DNA of 64,000 nucleotides, taken from Armatimonadetes bacterium UBA1398 (lineage in GTDB: Bacteria; Armatimonadota; Zipacnadia; UBA1398). Location of the stretch: positions 6,801 to 70,800 of the forward strand of contig DBQI01000028.1 of the NCBI GenBank assembly GCA_002305165.1, in the 5' to 3' direction. The notes under the pieces were generated by a model. It had not been told where the DNA came from. It ran no database searches and saw nothing but the letters and a program-made list of their open reading frames with translations. Positions 1 through 9,810 of this stretch are shown here, piece by piece. The stretch's first letter is position 1. The number at the start of each line of letters is the position of its first letter. A program made the translations under genes and the position numbers.

Positions 1-1258
1 GCGCGGATGTTGTAGATGTCCTCGGTGGTGAGCATGGTTCGAAACTCATCATCCCGCGGGAAGCGTTGGTTGTGCTTGCGAAGTAGCAACCCGGCCAGCA
101 CGCTCTCGTGGAAAGCGTTGGGATCGACTTCTCCCGCCAGGGAAGCGAAGATCTTGCTGAGCGCATTGGTCGGCACTCGACATATCATCCGCCGGAAAAC
201 GTAGCTCTCGACGAGGTCGAGGATCTCTAGCCAAGTGGGCTTGTCCAGGGTACCATCCGCGTGGTCCGCGTACAGCTTCAGAAGGAAGGGGTACGCCACA
301 TCGACTCTCAGGGCGTTGATCTGCGCGAAGCGAGATCGCAGATCGGGATCGGCCTCCTTCTCGAATGCCATGTTGACGAAGTACCGAGCGAACCGGTGGA
401 CGTCGGCCAGTATCGTCTCGATCGATCCCAGGGCGGTTGTGGGCGCATACTCTTTGAAGCCCACGTAGACGTCCCTGATGTTGGGGATCCGGCCTGTCTT
501 GACGGTCAGGAAGTCCCGCATGAAGCGGTCGAAGTGCTTCCCATAGTCCTCCTGGCCGAAGAGCTGCTCCATGGGGAACCAATGCTCTCGGTACAGTTCC
601 TCCTGCATCTCGGGCTCCTGGCCCATGAGGACGTAGTTGCGGATGAGGTCGGCCTGGCTGAGATCGAGGCCGGTGGAGTTCATGCTCTCAAAGATCAGTT
701 GAGGGTTGTCATGTTGCCGGTCCAGAGCGACATCTACCACGAAAAGACGTGCCAAAGCGCGGTACAGCTCATCCGGCTCGCGACCTGACCTGGCGATCTG
801 ATCCTCGAAGAAGCGGTAGTTGTTGAGCAACCGGCGGGAGGCATCCTCCTTGGGGTCCTTCCGGTCCACCAAGCGGATCAGGGTTTCCCTGTCGGCCTGG
901 GTCAACAGCAGCTTGTACTTGAGGTCGCCCTGCCCATGTGGGTTGCACAGGTAGTAATCGCGGATCTCCGCTGCGATGCCCTCGCGCTGTTGGCCCGTTG
1001 GGTCGAGATGGCTAGCGAGGGCGATCAGGAGCAGCGATGTGGTCGTGAGGCGCTGCTGCCCATCGATCACGAGCAGGCACGGGATGGACGAGACGTGGTA
1101 AAGCCCCTCCTCGATGTAGACGATCGAGCCAATGAAGTGGGCCGGCCTGTCTTCCTCCAGGGCGGTAAGGAGGTCCTGCCATAGCTGCCGGCAGTGTTTC
1201 ACCTCCCAGCTGTAGGTCCGCTGGAAGATGGGGATGCGGAATTGCTTCGGGCCCTGCA
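1..1258 (-). CDS. DUF262 domain protein (GmrSD-like type IV restriction/ParB-like nuclease family), N-terminal ~419 aa. C-terminus lies beyond the window start. Start is ATG 1258 or TTG 1294.
   Basis: Manual reverse-strand translation gives MQGPKQFRIPIFQRTYSW...LLVIDGQQRLTTT. IPxFQR and DGQQR are the DUF262 hallmark motifs. The frame stays open to position 1, so the 3' end is outside the window. The ORF track omits it because no stop falls in the window. GC is about 58%, versus about 68% for neighbouring genes. Confidence 0.72.
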
Positions 1259-1529
1259 TGAACTGGAGCAATGAGGTCTCTTTGGCTTTCAAGCGGGAGC
1301 GCCACCCTTCGGTTCGCCGGACGCTAGCCCAGACTCATTAGCCACTCGACGATCCGCGGTGGATCTGGTCTGGCGCCGGGAAGCGTCATCAACCCCTGGC
1401 TGGGTTCATGACTCAGACGGCCGCCACCTTCACAGAGTCGTAGGTAGCGCAAAAGGACAGCCGCGCGATGTGCGCAGCTTCGAACCACTCTCATCCCGCG
1501 ACAAGCCCCCCTGGGGGGACGGCCAAGCC

Positions 1530-4500
1530 TCAGGCCGGCCCGGCCTCGCCGGGGAGGGTCGCGTGGCTGGGTTGGTTCGGCCCCAGCGGCCTGCTCTGGC
1601 GCTCGATGTAGTCCGGCCAGAGCGGGCAGTTGAGATCGATCCAGGTCTTCACCCGCGCCATCTCGTCGCGGCTCAGCGCCACCTCGTGGTGGCCCGCGTT
1701 CAGCACCGACCACAGCGGGCTCTTCAGCGTGCCGAAGCTCAGGGGCGACAGCTTCTCGCACCCGCCCGAGTTCCAGCCGCAGTCCAGGTAGTGCACCAGC
1801 CCTCGGGTGATGAGGGTCCGGTAGCTCGTGGGGACCCGCTCGGCGTTGAGGTCGCCTCGGAGGTCCAGCCCCTTGGGGTGGCTCTCGTTGTGGCATGAGA
1901 CGCAGTTCGCGTCCCACACGGGCTGGACGATCCGCTCATAGCTGAAGGGCTCGCCGCCCCACTCGGGTGTCTGCATCTCGACGGGCGACCGGAACATCGC
2001 CTCGGCCTGGGTGACGGGCGGCGCCTCGACCCGGTCCTCGTGGCAGCCGATGCAGCTCCGAGCCTCGCCCGGCTGCAGGTGAACCATGCTCCGCATGCGC
2101 TGGATCTCGTTGAGGTCCTCATCGAGGGCTTGGAAGTAGAGGACCTTCCCCGCGGGCGCAGTGAAGCTCGCCGAGCCGTCCTCATCCACCGGCACCAGCC
2201 CCAAGGGGGCTTTGGCGACGTAGGTGGGCCAGCCGTAGGGGCCCGAGACGACGTCGACGGGCGAGGCGTACCACTTCACGAAGTCCTCGTGGTCGCGGTT
2301 GGGGTCCATGTGCAGGTTGTGCCGGACCTCCTCGACGACGCGCAGCCACTTCACGGAGCCGCGTTCGACGTCCTCGCCCAGCCCCCGGTAGACATCCATG
2401 AGGACGAAGCGGCCCGTCTCCTCCGCCTGCCCCGCGACGGCGTCGGGGATGATGGGCGGGAGCGGCCGGGGCGCCAGCGGGATGGGCCCCATGCTCCCGT
2501 AGACGGGGTCGAGGTGGAGGATCTCGCGGTTGCCGTAGCGGTCGATGACGTAGAGGCCGAAGCGGTCCTCGGCGGCGTGGGAGACGAGGAAGAGGTCTCG
2601 GGAGATGGGGTACGGGTCGCGGAAGCACTCGGTCCGAGGCCACATCCCCGGCCACGGCACCTCGGGGGTGATGGAGGTGATCGCCGCGGGGTTGAAGCGC
2701 CCCTTGCTGAGGTCGAGGAGAGCAATGGGGCCGTTGATGTCGCCGAAGTGGCTGACGAGGGTGCAGGCGATCTCCTGGGTACCAGGCACCTCGCGGCCGC
2801 TCGCGTAGCCGTTGGGCTGGATGATGGTATTCCCGAAGACGAGCTCGGGCCGGGTGCCATCGGGGTTGGTGGCCCAGAGGGTCTGAGTGAAGTCGGCGCC
2901 CTTGTCGATGTACTCCCAGCGGGTCCAGATGATCCGGCCATCGTTCATGACCGACGGCGCCCACTCGCTCAGGGAGGAGAAGGAGAGGGGCCGGAGGTCG
3001 GAGCCGTCGGGGGCCATGCGGAAGAGGACGGCCGAGGCGCCGCGGAAGCAGAAGACGCGCGCGGTGCAGCGGGTGGAGATGAAGGCGAGGTCGCCGTCGG
3101 GTAGCGGGCAGGGGTAGTAGTCGTGGAAGGGCCCGTCGGTGAGCTGGGTTAGGCCGCGTCCATCGGGGTTCATGGCCATGAGGTGGTAGAAGCCATCGGC
3201 CGCGGGCCGGTAGCCGAAGTAGACGCGCTGTTGGGCGAAGTCGGGTATGGGGTCGCGGGCGATGCCGCCGGCGGAGTCGAAGAGGACGGTGCGGCTCCGC
3301 TGGCTGACGGCGAGGCCGTTCTCCCAGGGGATCTCAAGCACGCACACGCCGCCCCCGGGGCGGAAGGGCGCGTCCGTGTAGTCCGTGTAGATATGGGAGG
3401 GCTCGAAGGGATGGCGCTCGACGTAGAGGATCCGCTGCAGGGGCGCCAAGTCGGGGTCGCGCAGGAAGATCTCTCGCTTGAGCAGTCGGGCGCGGAAGAA
3501 GAGGTCGCGGGGGTCGGCGTCTCCTGCGGCGCGCTCGGTCTCGAGGTCACGGAGCCGCCGGGCCTCGTCGGTCAGCCGCACGCCCCTCGCGCTGAGCCGC
3601 CGCAGCAGCTCGCCGGCCATGTCCAGGGCGCGCTTCGCGGGGTCGTAGGCGAGAAGCTGGATCGTGTAGGTGGTCCCCTGCCAATCGACGGAGGCGGTTC
3701 CCGCGACGCCGAGGGACCCCGGCGCCAGGTCGACCCTCGGCTGTGGCGCCTCGCCACCCACGCGGCTCACCCGGACCTCGAAGCCTCCCTGGCCATCGGG
3801 CTGGGCCGCGAGGCCGATAGGGGCGAGCCGGGCGTTCACGGCGCGCCCAAGGGCGGAGGTATGGTGGCCGCCGAAGCCCAGGCCGATGCGCAGTCCCAGG
3901 GCGTCGGCGTCGGGCAGAACGTCGAGGGGGACCCGAGCTTCCATCACCACGCCGCCAGCCTCGCCCAGGGCGATGGCCGCCTCGACGGGGCGCTCGGTCC
4001 AAAGGTCCACGTCGGGCTGGTGGACCCGGAGGACGACTTGCTGATCCTGAAGCTCCAGGCAGACGTTCGCGGACCAGTCGGCGGTGGAGATGAGGATCAG
4101 GCGGCCCTGGAGGAGCCGGTTCGCCTCGAGGGCGAGGCAGAGGTCACCCCCGTGGACGCAGGCGCGGAGGCGGTGCTCGACGAGAGCGCCGTCCTGGAAG
4201 TCGTCAGCCGCGGCGACTCGGACGGCGCCCGTGGAGGCCTGGGCCCACTCCCGCGGGCCGATGGAGCCGTCGATGTCGGGCGCGTCGCCGAGGGGCGGGA
4301 TGGGGATGAAGTCGTCGGGGACGTGCCGCGGGTACTCGGTGACGCGTCCGTTGTACGGCACGAGCCCGGGATCGAGGTCGGCGTAGCCGAAGGTCTTCAG
4401 CCACGCGTGCTCCTCGGCGACGAAGGCGTAGCGGAGGAGCTCCTCCTCGCTCAGCGCACGCGGCTCGGGGGGCATTAGCGCGGCCTGGGCGACGGCGTCG

Positions 4501-5570
4501 GAGATGGGATCGGGGCCGCCGTAGATCTCGAGCTCGTCGATACGCGGCTCGCCCACCGCTTCGTCGATGGCGACGCGGACCCAGCGGGCACGAACGGGCT
4601 GGAAGCCTATGACACGGCGTTCGTGCAGGGGTGACTCGATGGTGGCGGCGGTGGCCCAGGCGGGGTCGTCGGAGTCATCGGCATAGGTCGTCGCGGCGAG
4701 GATACGAGCGCGGCCCGTGGCGCGATCCGTGTAGGCGCCCGAGTTGTCGTTGCCGAGTGCGACCTGGTAGACCCACCGCTCGGCGCCGAGATCGATCTCG
4801 GCCCAGCCCGTGGAAGCGTCGGCGATCCAGCTCCGGTCATTGCCCCCGCGGCCGTCGTTGAGATGGGCCACCCGATGTAGGGGGTTCGCGCCGTCAGCCA
4901 GGACCGATGAGGCGCTCGCTTCCCCGTCGAGAGCGAGGTTCGCGTGGCCATGCTCGTTCACGCGCGGCGCATCGAGGACGGCTTGAGGGGCGCGGCCGGG
5001 CAGGGGCGGAGGAGGAGGCAGAGCAGGCGCGCCGGAGCTGCCCGGCGCGCGGAAGGCGGCCTCCAGGGCCGAGGTCCACTCTGCCCCATCCAGGGAGACG
5101 AGCACCTGGACTCGCGCGGGCACTCTGTCCGTGAAGCTGCCGTTGCGGTCGCGGCTGAGGACGACGAGGCCGATCTCGGCGGGTTCGGGCAACTCGATCT
5201 GGGCCCACTCTCCGGCGGCGCCGGCGGCGACCCAGCTACAGGCGTTGCCGTAGAGGCCGTCGTTGAGATGCTCGACGGCGTGGGCGGAGTAGCCGGTGAT
5301 GACGGACGAGGCGGAGGCCACGGCGCCGGGGCCGACGGCCAGGTTCGACTCGCCGCCGGGGGCATAGAGCTCGAGCTCGTCGAGGCAGGGCGCCATGCCG
5401 TCAAGGGAGCCGTCGAGGACGATCCGCACGTACCGGGCCGTGACGGGTGGATCCAGGGCCAATCGGTTCGGCTCGGCGGGACGGAAAAGCTCCGCCGCGC
5501 TCGCCGAGGCTGCGAGGGCTAGCAGCAGCAGTGAAGCGCTGAGGATAGGACGCGCGCGCACGTGGATCAC
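1530..5570 (-). CDS. Large secreted multidomain protein: N-terminal signal peptide, several F5/8 type C (discoidin) domains, PD40/TolB-like beta-propeller repeats, C-terminal region with two CxxCH motifs
   Basis: 1346-aa ORF with signal peptide MIHVRARPILSASLLLLALAASASA. Discoidin-like segments (NDG...W.A). PD40-like repeats (DGSDLRPLSF..., NPDGT). C-terminal CIGCH and CVSCH motifs. Confidence 0.6.
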   Translation of the reverse strand: MIHVRARPILSASLLLLALAASASAAELFRPAEPNRLALDPPVTARYVRIVLDGSLDGMAPCLDELELYAPGGESNLAVGPGAVASASSVITGYSAHAVEHLNDGLYGNACSWVAAGAAGEWAQIELPEPAEIGLVVLSRDRNGSFTDRVPARVQVLVSLDGAEWTSALEAAFRAPGSSGAPALPPPPPLPGRAPQAVLDAPRVNEHGHANLALDGEASASSVLADGANPLHRVAHLNDGRGGNDRSWIADASTGWAEIDLGAERWVYQVALGNDNSGAYTDRATGRARILAATTYADDSDDPAWATAATIESPLHERRVIGFQPVRARWVRVAIDEAVGEPRIDELEIYGGPDPISDAVAQAALMPPEPRALSEEELLRYAFVAEEHAWLKTFGYADLDPGLVPYNGRVTEYPRHVPDDFIPIPPLGDAPDIDGSIGPREWAQASTGAVRVAAADDFQDGALVEHRLRACVHGGDLCLALEANRLLQGRLILISTADWSANVCLELQDQQVVLRVHQPDVDLWTERPVEAAIALGEAGGVVMEARVPLDVLPDADALGLRIGLGFGGHHTSALGRAVNARLAPIGLAAQPDGQGGFEVRVSRVGGEAPQPRVDLAPGSLGVAGTASVDWQGTTYTIQLLAYDPAKRALDMAGELLRRLSARGVRLTDEARRLRDLETERAAGDADPRDLFFRARLLKREIFLRDPDLAPLQRILYVERHPFEPSHIYTDYTDAPFRPGGGVCVLEIPWENGLAVSQRSRTVLFDSAGGIARDPIPDFAQQRVYFGYRPAADGFYHLMAMNPDGRGLTQLTDGPFHDYYPCPLPDGDLAFISTRCTARVFCFRGASAVLFRMAPDGSDLRPLSFSSLSEWAPSVMNDGRIIWTRWEYIDKGADFTQTLWATNPDGTRPELVFGNTIIQPNGYASGREVPGTQEIACTLVSHFGDINGPIALLDLSKGRFNPAAITSITPEVPWPGMWPRTECFRDPYPISRDLFLVSHAAEDRFGLYVIDRYGNREILHLDPVYGSMGPIPLAPRPLPPIIPDAVAGQAEETGRFVLMDVYRGLGEDVERGSVKWLRVVEEVRHNLHMDPNRDHEDFVKWYASPVDVVSGPYGWPTYVAKAPLGLVPVDEDGSASFTAPAGKVLYFQALDEDLNEIQRMRSMVHLQPGEARSCIGCHEDRVEAPPVTQAEAMFRSPVEMQTPEWGGEPFSYERIVQPVWDANCVSCHNESHPKGLDLRGDLNAERVPTSYRTLITRGLVHYLDCGWNSGGCEKLSPLSFGTLKSPLWSVLNAGHHEVALSRDEMARVKTWIDLNCPLWPDYIERQSRPLGPNQPSHATLPGEAGPA

Positions 5571-5692
5571 TCCCGGCGTGGTGCGTGGATCTGTGCCGGG
5601 TGTATTGGCCGGAGCGGCGGGCGGTTCCTTGCTGGGCGGAGGTTCGGCGGAACAGCCGGGTGAAACGCCCGGCCGCTAAGGGGGCATCTACC

Positions 5693-8452
5693 ATGCTGAC
5701 CACCGTCCTGCTCGTGACGACCTCTCTCTGCGCCGCGCCTGTGGAGCTCTCCACCAACCACTTCCGCCTCCTCCTCGGACCCGATGCCACTCTGCAAGGC
5801 TTCGTAGACACGGCAGCGGGCCACGACTACGCAGCGGCGCCGGAGGAGAATGCGGTCTTCTGGGCCATGGCGGGTGGCGCGACGGTGCCGGCGACGGCCC
5901 TCAAGCGCGCGGGCCGGATGCTCCGGGTGGAGTTTGGTCACGCCGGCAGCATGACGTTGGCCGTGCAGGAGGGCGTGAACATCCTCACGCTGACCCTGCA
6001 GGGGGTGACGGGGGAGTCCGTCGAGTCGGTGGCTCTGTGCGACCTCCCGACGAGCCTCCCCGAGAGCCTGGACGCCCCCTTCGTCGCTTGCGCCCTGGCG
6101 CGGAACAACCGAACGAACGTGGCTGCGGTGCCCGGCCCGACAGCGCGACTCGCGGCGGTGGCATACGCGGATCTCGGGTTCGCGGGGGCGTCGGTGGCGC
6201 TCATTGGCTGTCCCCCGGAGCGGATGCGCGCGATCCTCCAGGAGGCTATCCTCGGCGCGCCCGAGGTGCCGACATCGGCCCTCGGTGGACCCTTCGCTCT
6301 CGACGATCCCCGGACCCGAAGCTCCTACATCTTCAACTTCGGGGGGCTCACCGAGGAGACGGCGGACGAGTGGATCGAGAAGGCCCGCTCGCTGGGGTTC
6401 GACCAGATCCATATCCACGGCGGCCCCTCCATCGGGAGCGCCTTCCGTTTCGGCGACTGCGCCCTAGACCCGGCGGTCTACCCCGAGGGGCGGGCGAGCC
6501 TGCGTCGAGCCATCGACCGCATCCATGAGGCGGGCATCCTGGTCGGGATGCAGCCCTATGCCTTCTTCGTGTCGAAGGAGAGTCCGTGGGTCACCCCCGT
6601 GCCGGATCCGGGTTTGGCGGCGAAGGCGGCGTTCACCCTCGCTGCCGACGTGGCCCCTGGCGATGTCGAGGTGCCTGTGGCGGAATCCACGGCGGGTGTG
6701 TCAACGATCACCGGGTTCTTCGAGCGGAACAGCGTGACACTCCGGGTGGAGGAGGAGTTGATCGTCTTCACAGGGGTCAGCGCCGAGCCGCCCTATCGGT
6801 TCACGGGCTGCCAGCGGGGCGCCTATGGGACAACGGCGTCGGCTCATCCTGCGGGCGAGAAGGCCTACCATCTCCAGGAGTGCTTCGGGCTGTTCCTACC
6901 CGACCCCCACTCGCCGCTATTCCAGGAGGTCGCCCAAGCGACGGCTGACTTCGTGAATGAGTGCGGTTTCGACGCGATCTACTTCGACGCGCTCGACGGG
7001 GAGGACACCCTAGGCGGCGCGGAGCGCTCGTGGCACTACGGCTCGGGGTACGTCTACGAGGTGCTGAATCGGCTGAACCGGCCCGTCATCGTGGAGATGA
7101 GCACCTTCTACCATCACCTGTGGCCCGTGCGCTCCCGGCTGGGCGCATGGGACCACCCGAATCGCTGCCACAAGCAGTTCATTGACGCTCACGTAGCGGC
7201 GAATCTGCCCCATGAGCGAATGTTCCTGCTGAGCAACCTGGGATGGTGGGCCTTCGTGTGCTCCGGCGCGCCCGAGGTCGAGGCGACCTATCCCGACGAC
7301 ATCGAGTACCTCTGCGCCAAGGCGCTGGCCAAGGACAGCGGCCTCAGCCTGACCAGCTATGAAGTGGGCATGCCCCTCCACCGGCGTCTGGCCGACGTGA
7401 TGCGGCGGTGGCAAGGGTTCCGGCGTGAGCATGGCCTCTCGCCCGAGGCGCTCGCCGCCCTGGCGGAGCCGGGGGCGGAGTTCACCCTGCGGGGCGAGGG
7501 GGCCGAGGCGACGGTCCACCCTGTCGCGGCCACCACGGCCAGGGTAACGGATGGGAGCGCGGAGATCGCCCTGGCGAACCCCTATGAGGCCCAAGCGCCC
7601 TTCGTCCGCATCGAGGCCCTGCACGGCTGCGCGCCCTGGGATGACCCGAATGGGGTCACCCTCATCGACCCCGCGGACATGGGGGCGCTGACCGCCTCGG
7701 AGGCCGCGCCCGGGGTGACGATGACTGCCTCGACGGCGTCGGACCTCACCCCCACCGGCGACTCGACCTTCGCCCTGGAGATGGCGAGCGAGCGTGAGGA
7801 GGCCTTCGGCTCGTGGGCGCGTCTGACGAGAGCCTTCGACCCGCCCCTGGACCTGGGTGACCGGCAGGCCCTGGGGCTGTGGGTCTATGGCGATGGCCAG
7901 GGGGAGCTGCTGAACCTCCAGCTACGGAGCCCGGACCACATCACGCGCTCCATGGCGGAACGGTACGTCACGGTGGACTTCGAGGGATGGCGGTACTTCG
8001 AGCTGATCGAGCCCGATGCCGACCGTTGGGCGGGCATGGGGTGGCCGTACGGGCATCCGTACTATATCTACCGGGAGTACCCGAGCTTCGGGGCTATCCG
8101 GTCCATCGACGTGTGGTGCAACGGCCTTCCGCCGGGCGGGAGGTGCCGGGTTCTCGTGAGCGCGGTGCGGGCTCTGCCGCTGCGCCCGGTGCGGGTGGAG
8201 GGAGTGGAGATCGCGTCGGACGGGCAGAGGCTGGCGCTGGACGCTACGCTGGAGACGAACAGCTTCCTGGAGCTAACGCCGGAAGGCGCGGTGACGACCT
8301 ACGACCGTTGGGGGAACGTCCTCGGTGAGTACGCCGCGCTGAGCGGCTGGGTGGCGCCGAGCGGCGAGTCATCGCTGAGCGTTGCCCTGAAGGGCGAGGG
8401 CTCCCCTCGGGCGCGGGTGAGGGTTAGTGTGACGGGCCCGGCGCTGGAGTGA
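5693..8452 (+). CDS. Secreted hypothetical protein, possible TIM-barrel glycoside hydrolase with C-terminal carbohydrate-binding-like domain
   Basis: 920-aa ORF after GGGGG RBS. N-terminal hydrophobic signal MLTTVLLVTTSLCAAP. Segments GFDQIHIHGG and GFDAIYFDALDGED resemble GH catalytic barrels. Confidence 0.45.
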   Translation: MLTTVLLVTTSLCAAPVELSTNHFRLLLGPDATLQGFVDTAAGHDYAAAPEENAVFWAMAGGATVPATALKRAGRMLRVEFGHAGSMTLAVQEGVNILTLTLQGVTGESVESVALCDLPTSLPESLDAPFVACALARNNRTNVAAVPGPTARLAAVAYADLGFAGASVALIGCPPERMRAILQEAILGAPEVPTSALGGPFALDDPRTRSSYIFNFGGLTEETADEWIEKARSLGFDQIHIHGGPSIGSAFRFGDCALDPAVYPEGRASLRRAIDRIHEAGILVGMQPYAFFVSKESPWVTPVPDPGLAAKAAFTLAADVAPGDVEVPVAESTAGVSTITGFFERNSVTLRVEEELIVFTGVSAEPPYRFTGCQRGAYGTTASAHPAGEKAYHLQECFGLFLPDPHSPLFQEVAQATADFVNECGFDAIYFDALDGEDTLGGAERSWHYGSGYVYEVLNRLNRPVIVEMSTFYHHLWPVRSRLGAWDHPNRCHKQFIDAHVAANLPHERMFLLSNLGWWAFVCSGAPEVEATYPDDIEYLCAKALAKDSGLSLTSYEVGMPLHRRLADVMRRWQGFRREHGLSPEALAALAEPGAEFTLRGEGAEATVHPVAATTARVTDGSAEIALANPYEAQAPFVRIEALHGCAPWDDPNGVTLIDPADMGALTASEAAPGVTMTASTASDLTPTGDSTFALEMASEREEAFGSWARLTRAFDPPLDLGDRQALGLWVYGDGQGELLNLQLRSPDHITRSMAERYVTVDFEGWRYFELIEPDADRWAGMGWPYGHPYYIYREYPSFGAIRSIDVWCNGLPPGGRCRVLVSAVRALPLRPVRVEGVEIASDGQRLALDATLETNSFLELTPEGAVTTYDRWGNVLGEYAALSGWVAPSGESSLSVALKGEGSPRARVRVSVTGPALE

Positions 8453-9810
8453 TGGACTCGAGAAGCTGATCGAGGAGAGCGAGCCGCTCGCCGGGCCAGG
8501 TGAGATCGACGGTCAGGACGCCGCCAGCCCAGGCCACCGCGAGCACCTGGCGGCCCGCTTCCGCGTTCGTCACCGAGAGGGACTCCATTCCGGCGAGGAG
8601 GCCCCGGGCCGGCTCGCCCTCCATGAGGGCCGCCAGGGCCACCGAAGCCGACGCCCCCTCCCCTCCCCCCGCGGCGATCAAGGCCGTGCCCTCGGGCCCC
8701 GTTAGCCGCAGGACCTCGCCCATTTCGGATACATCCCACCCGGGGGGCACTCCGACGGTGAAGGGCGCCGCGGGGTGCCGCGCAACGCGCCACTCGGAAG
8801 CTGTGGCCTCAGCGGAGGGCTCGACCACGCCCTCCCTCGCGATGGCGCGCGCGAGGGGAACGAGGTCGCGGAGCAGCTCGGGGAAGCTGGGGATGCCCCT
8901 GGGGCGGCTGAGCCGGGGAACGATCACCTCGGGCGGGACGGCCAGGCCGAAGGCAGCAACCCGCACCTGGCCCCCCGACGGCCACACGATGGCATCTCCA
9001 TCGGGCGAGGCTCGCCAGCCCTCGGCGTCGTGGGCGACGGGCCGGAGGACGTCGCCCGCCCAGGTAACTGAGAGGACCTCCCCCCTATGGCCGACGAGCA
9101 CACGCTGGCCCCACTGCCCCACGGCGATGGAATCGGGCGTCCACGGAAGCGCGAGGGTGGAGACGGTGCTGGTCACGAGGTCGACCCGGCGCAACTCCGC
9201 ACCGACGGTGAGAGCCAGCCGACATCCGCAACCGGAGAGGGCGGCCCGATCCGCCTCTTCGGTGAAGAAGGCAGTGGCCTCCCCCACCGCACGGACCTCA
9301 ACGGCCCTCTGCCCGTGGAGAAGGAGCCGGTCTCCCCGGTCGGAGATCCCGATGGCCCGGAAGGGCCCGCCGGCGATGAGCTCGTGGCCTTCGCCCATCG
9401 CTAGGAACGCTCTGCCCCCGCTATCGAGGGCGACGATGCGGGAGGGTTCGGCGGAGAGGGCGACGGTGGCTATGGCGGCGCCCGGTTCCAGCCCCAGGAG
9501 GGGCGCTAGGTCAGCGGGCCCGCCCAGGGCGGTCGGCACGAGAAGGTTGCCCCCCACGGCGAGCAGCCGGCCGTCGGAGCTTCGTTCGATGGGCCCTTCC
9601 TCGGGGCACAGGGTCAGGACTCGGGCATCGGCGCCATCCCACCGGCAAGTGACGAGGTCGGCGCCGTCCGGGCGAGGCACGAGGAAGGCGAGCTGCCGTC
9701 CCCCGTCCCAGCACACGGGGCGCTCGCCCTCGGCGACCGTCCACGCCGTCCAGTCCGAGGCGGCGGGCCACGTCGCGAGGACGGTGATCAGGAGCGCGAG
9801 GCTACTCGAT
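8424..9810 (-). CDS. Secreted hypothetical protein (start uncertain; listed ORF runs to 10064 and overlaps the upstream gene)
   Basis: 546-aa ORF 8424..10064. A hydrophobic SSLALLITVLATWPAAS segment near 9770-9800 looks like the true signal peptide immediately after the upstream gene stop. No ATG is there, so a GTG/TTG start is likely. Confidence 0.4.

Noticed and set aside
2040-4478. Two long plus-strand ORFs (354 and 431 aa) within the 1346-aa minus-strand gene
   Set aside because: Gly/Asp/Glu/Ala-rich antisense frames. The minus-strand product has coherent discoidin/PD40 domain structure.
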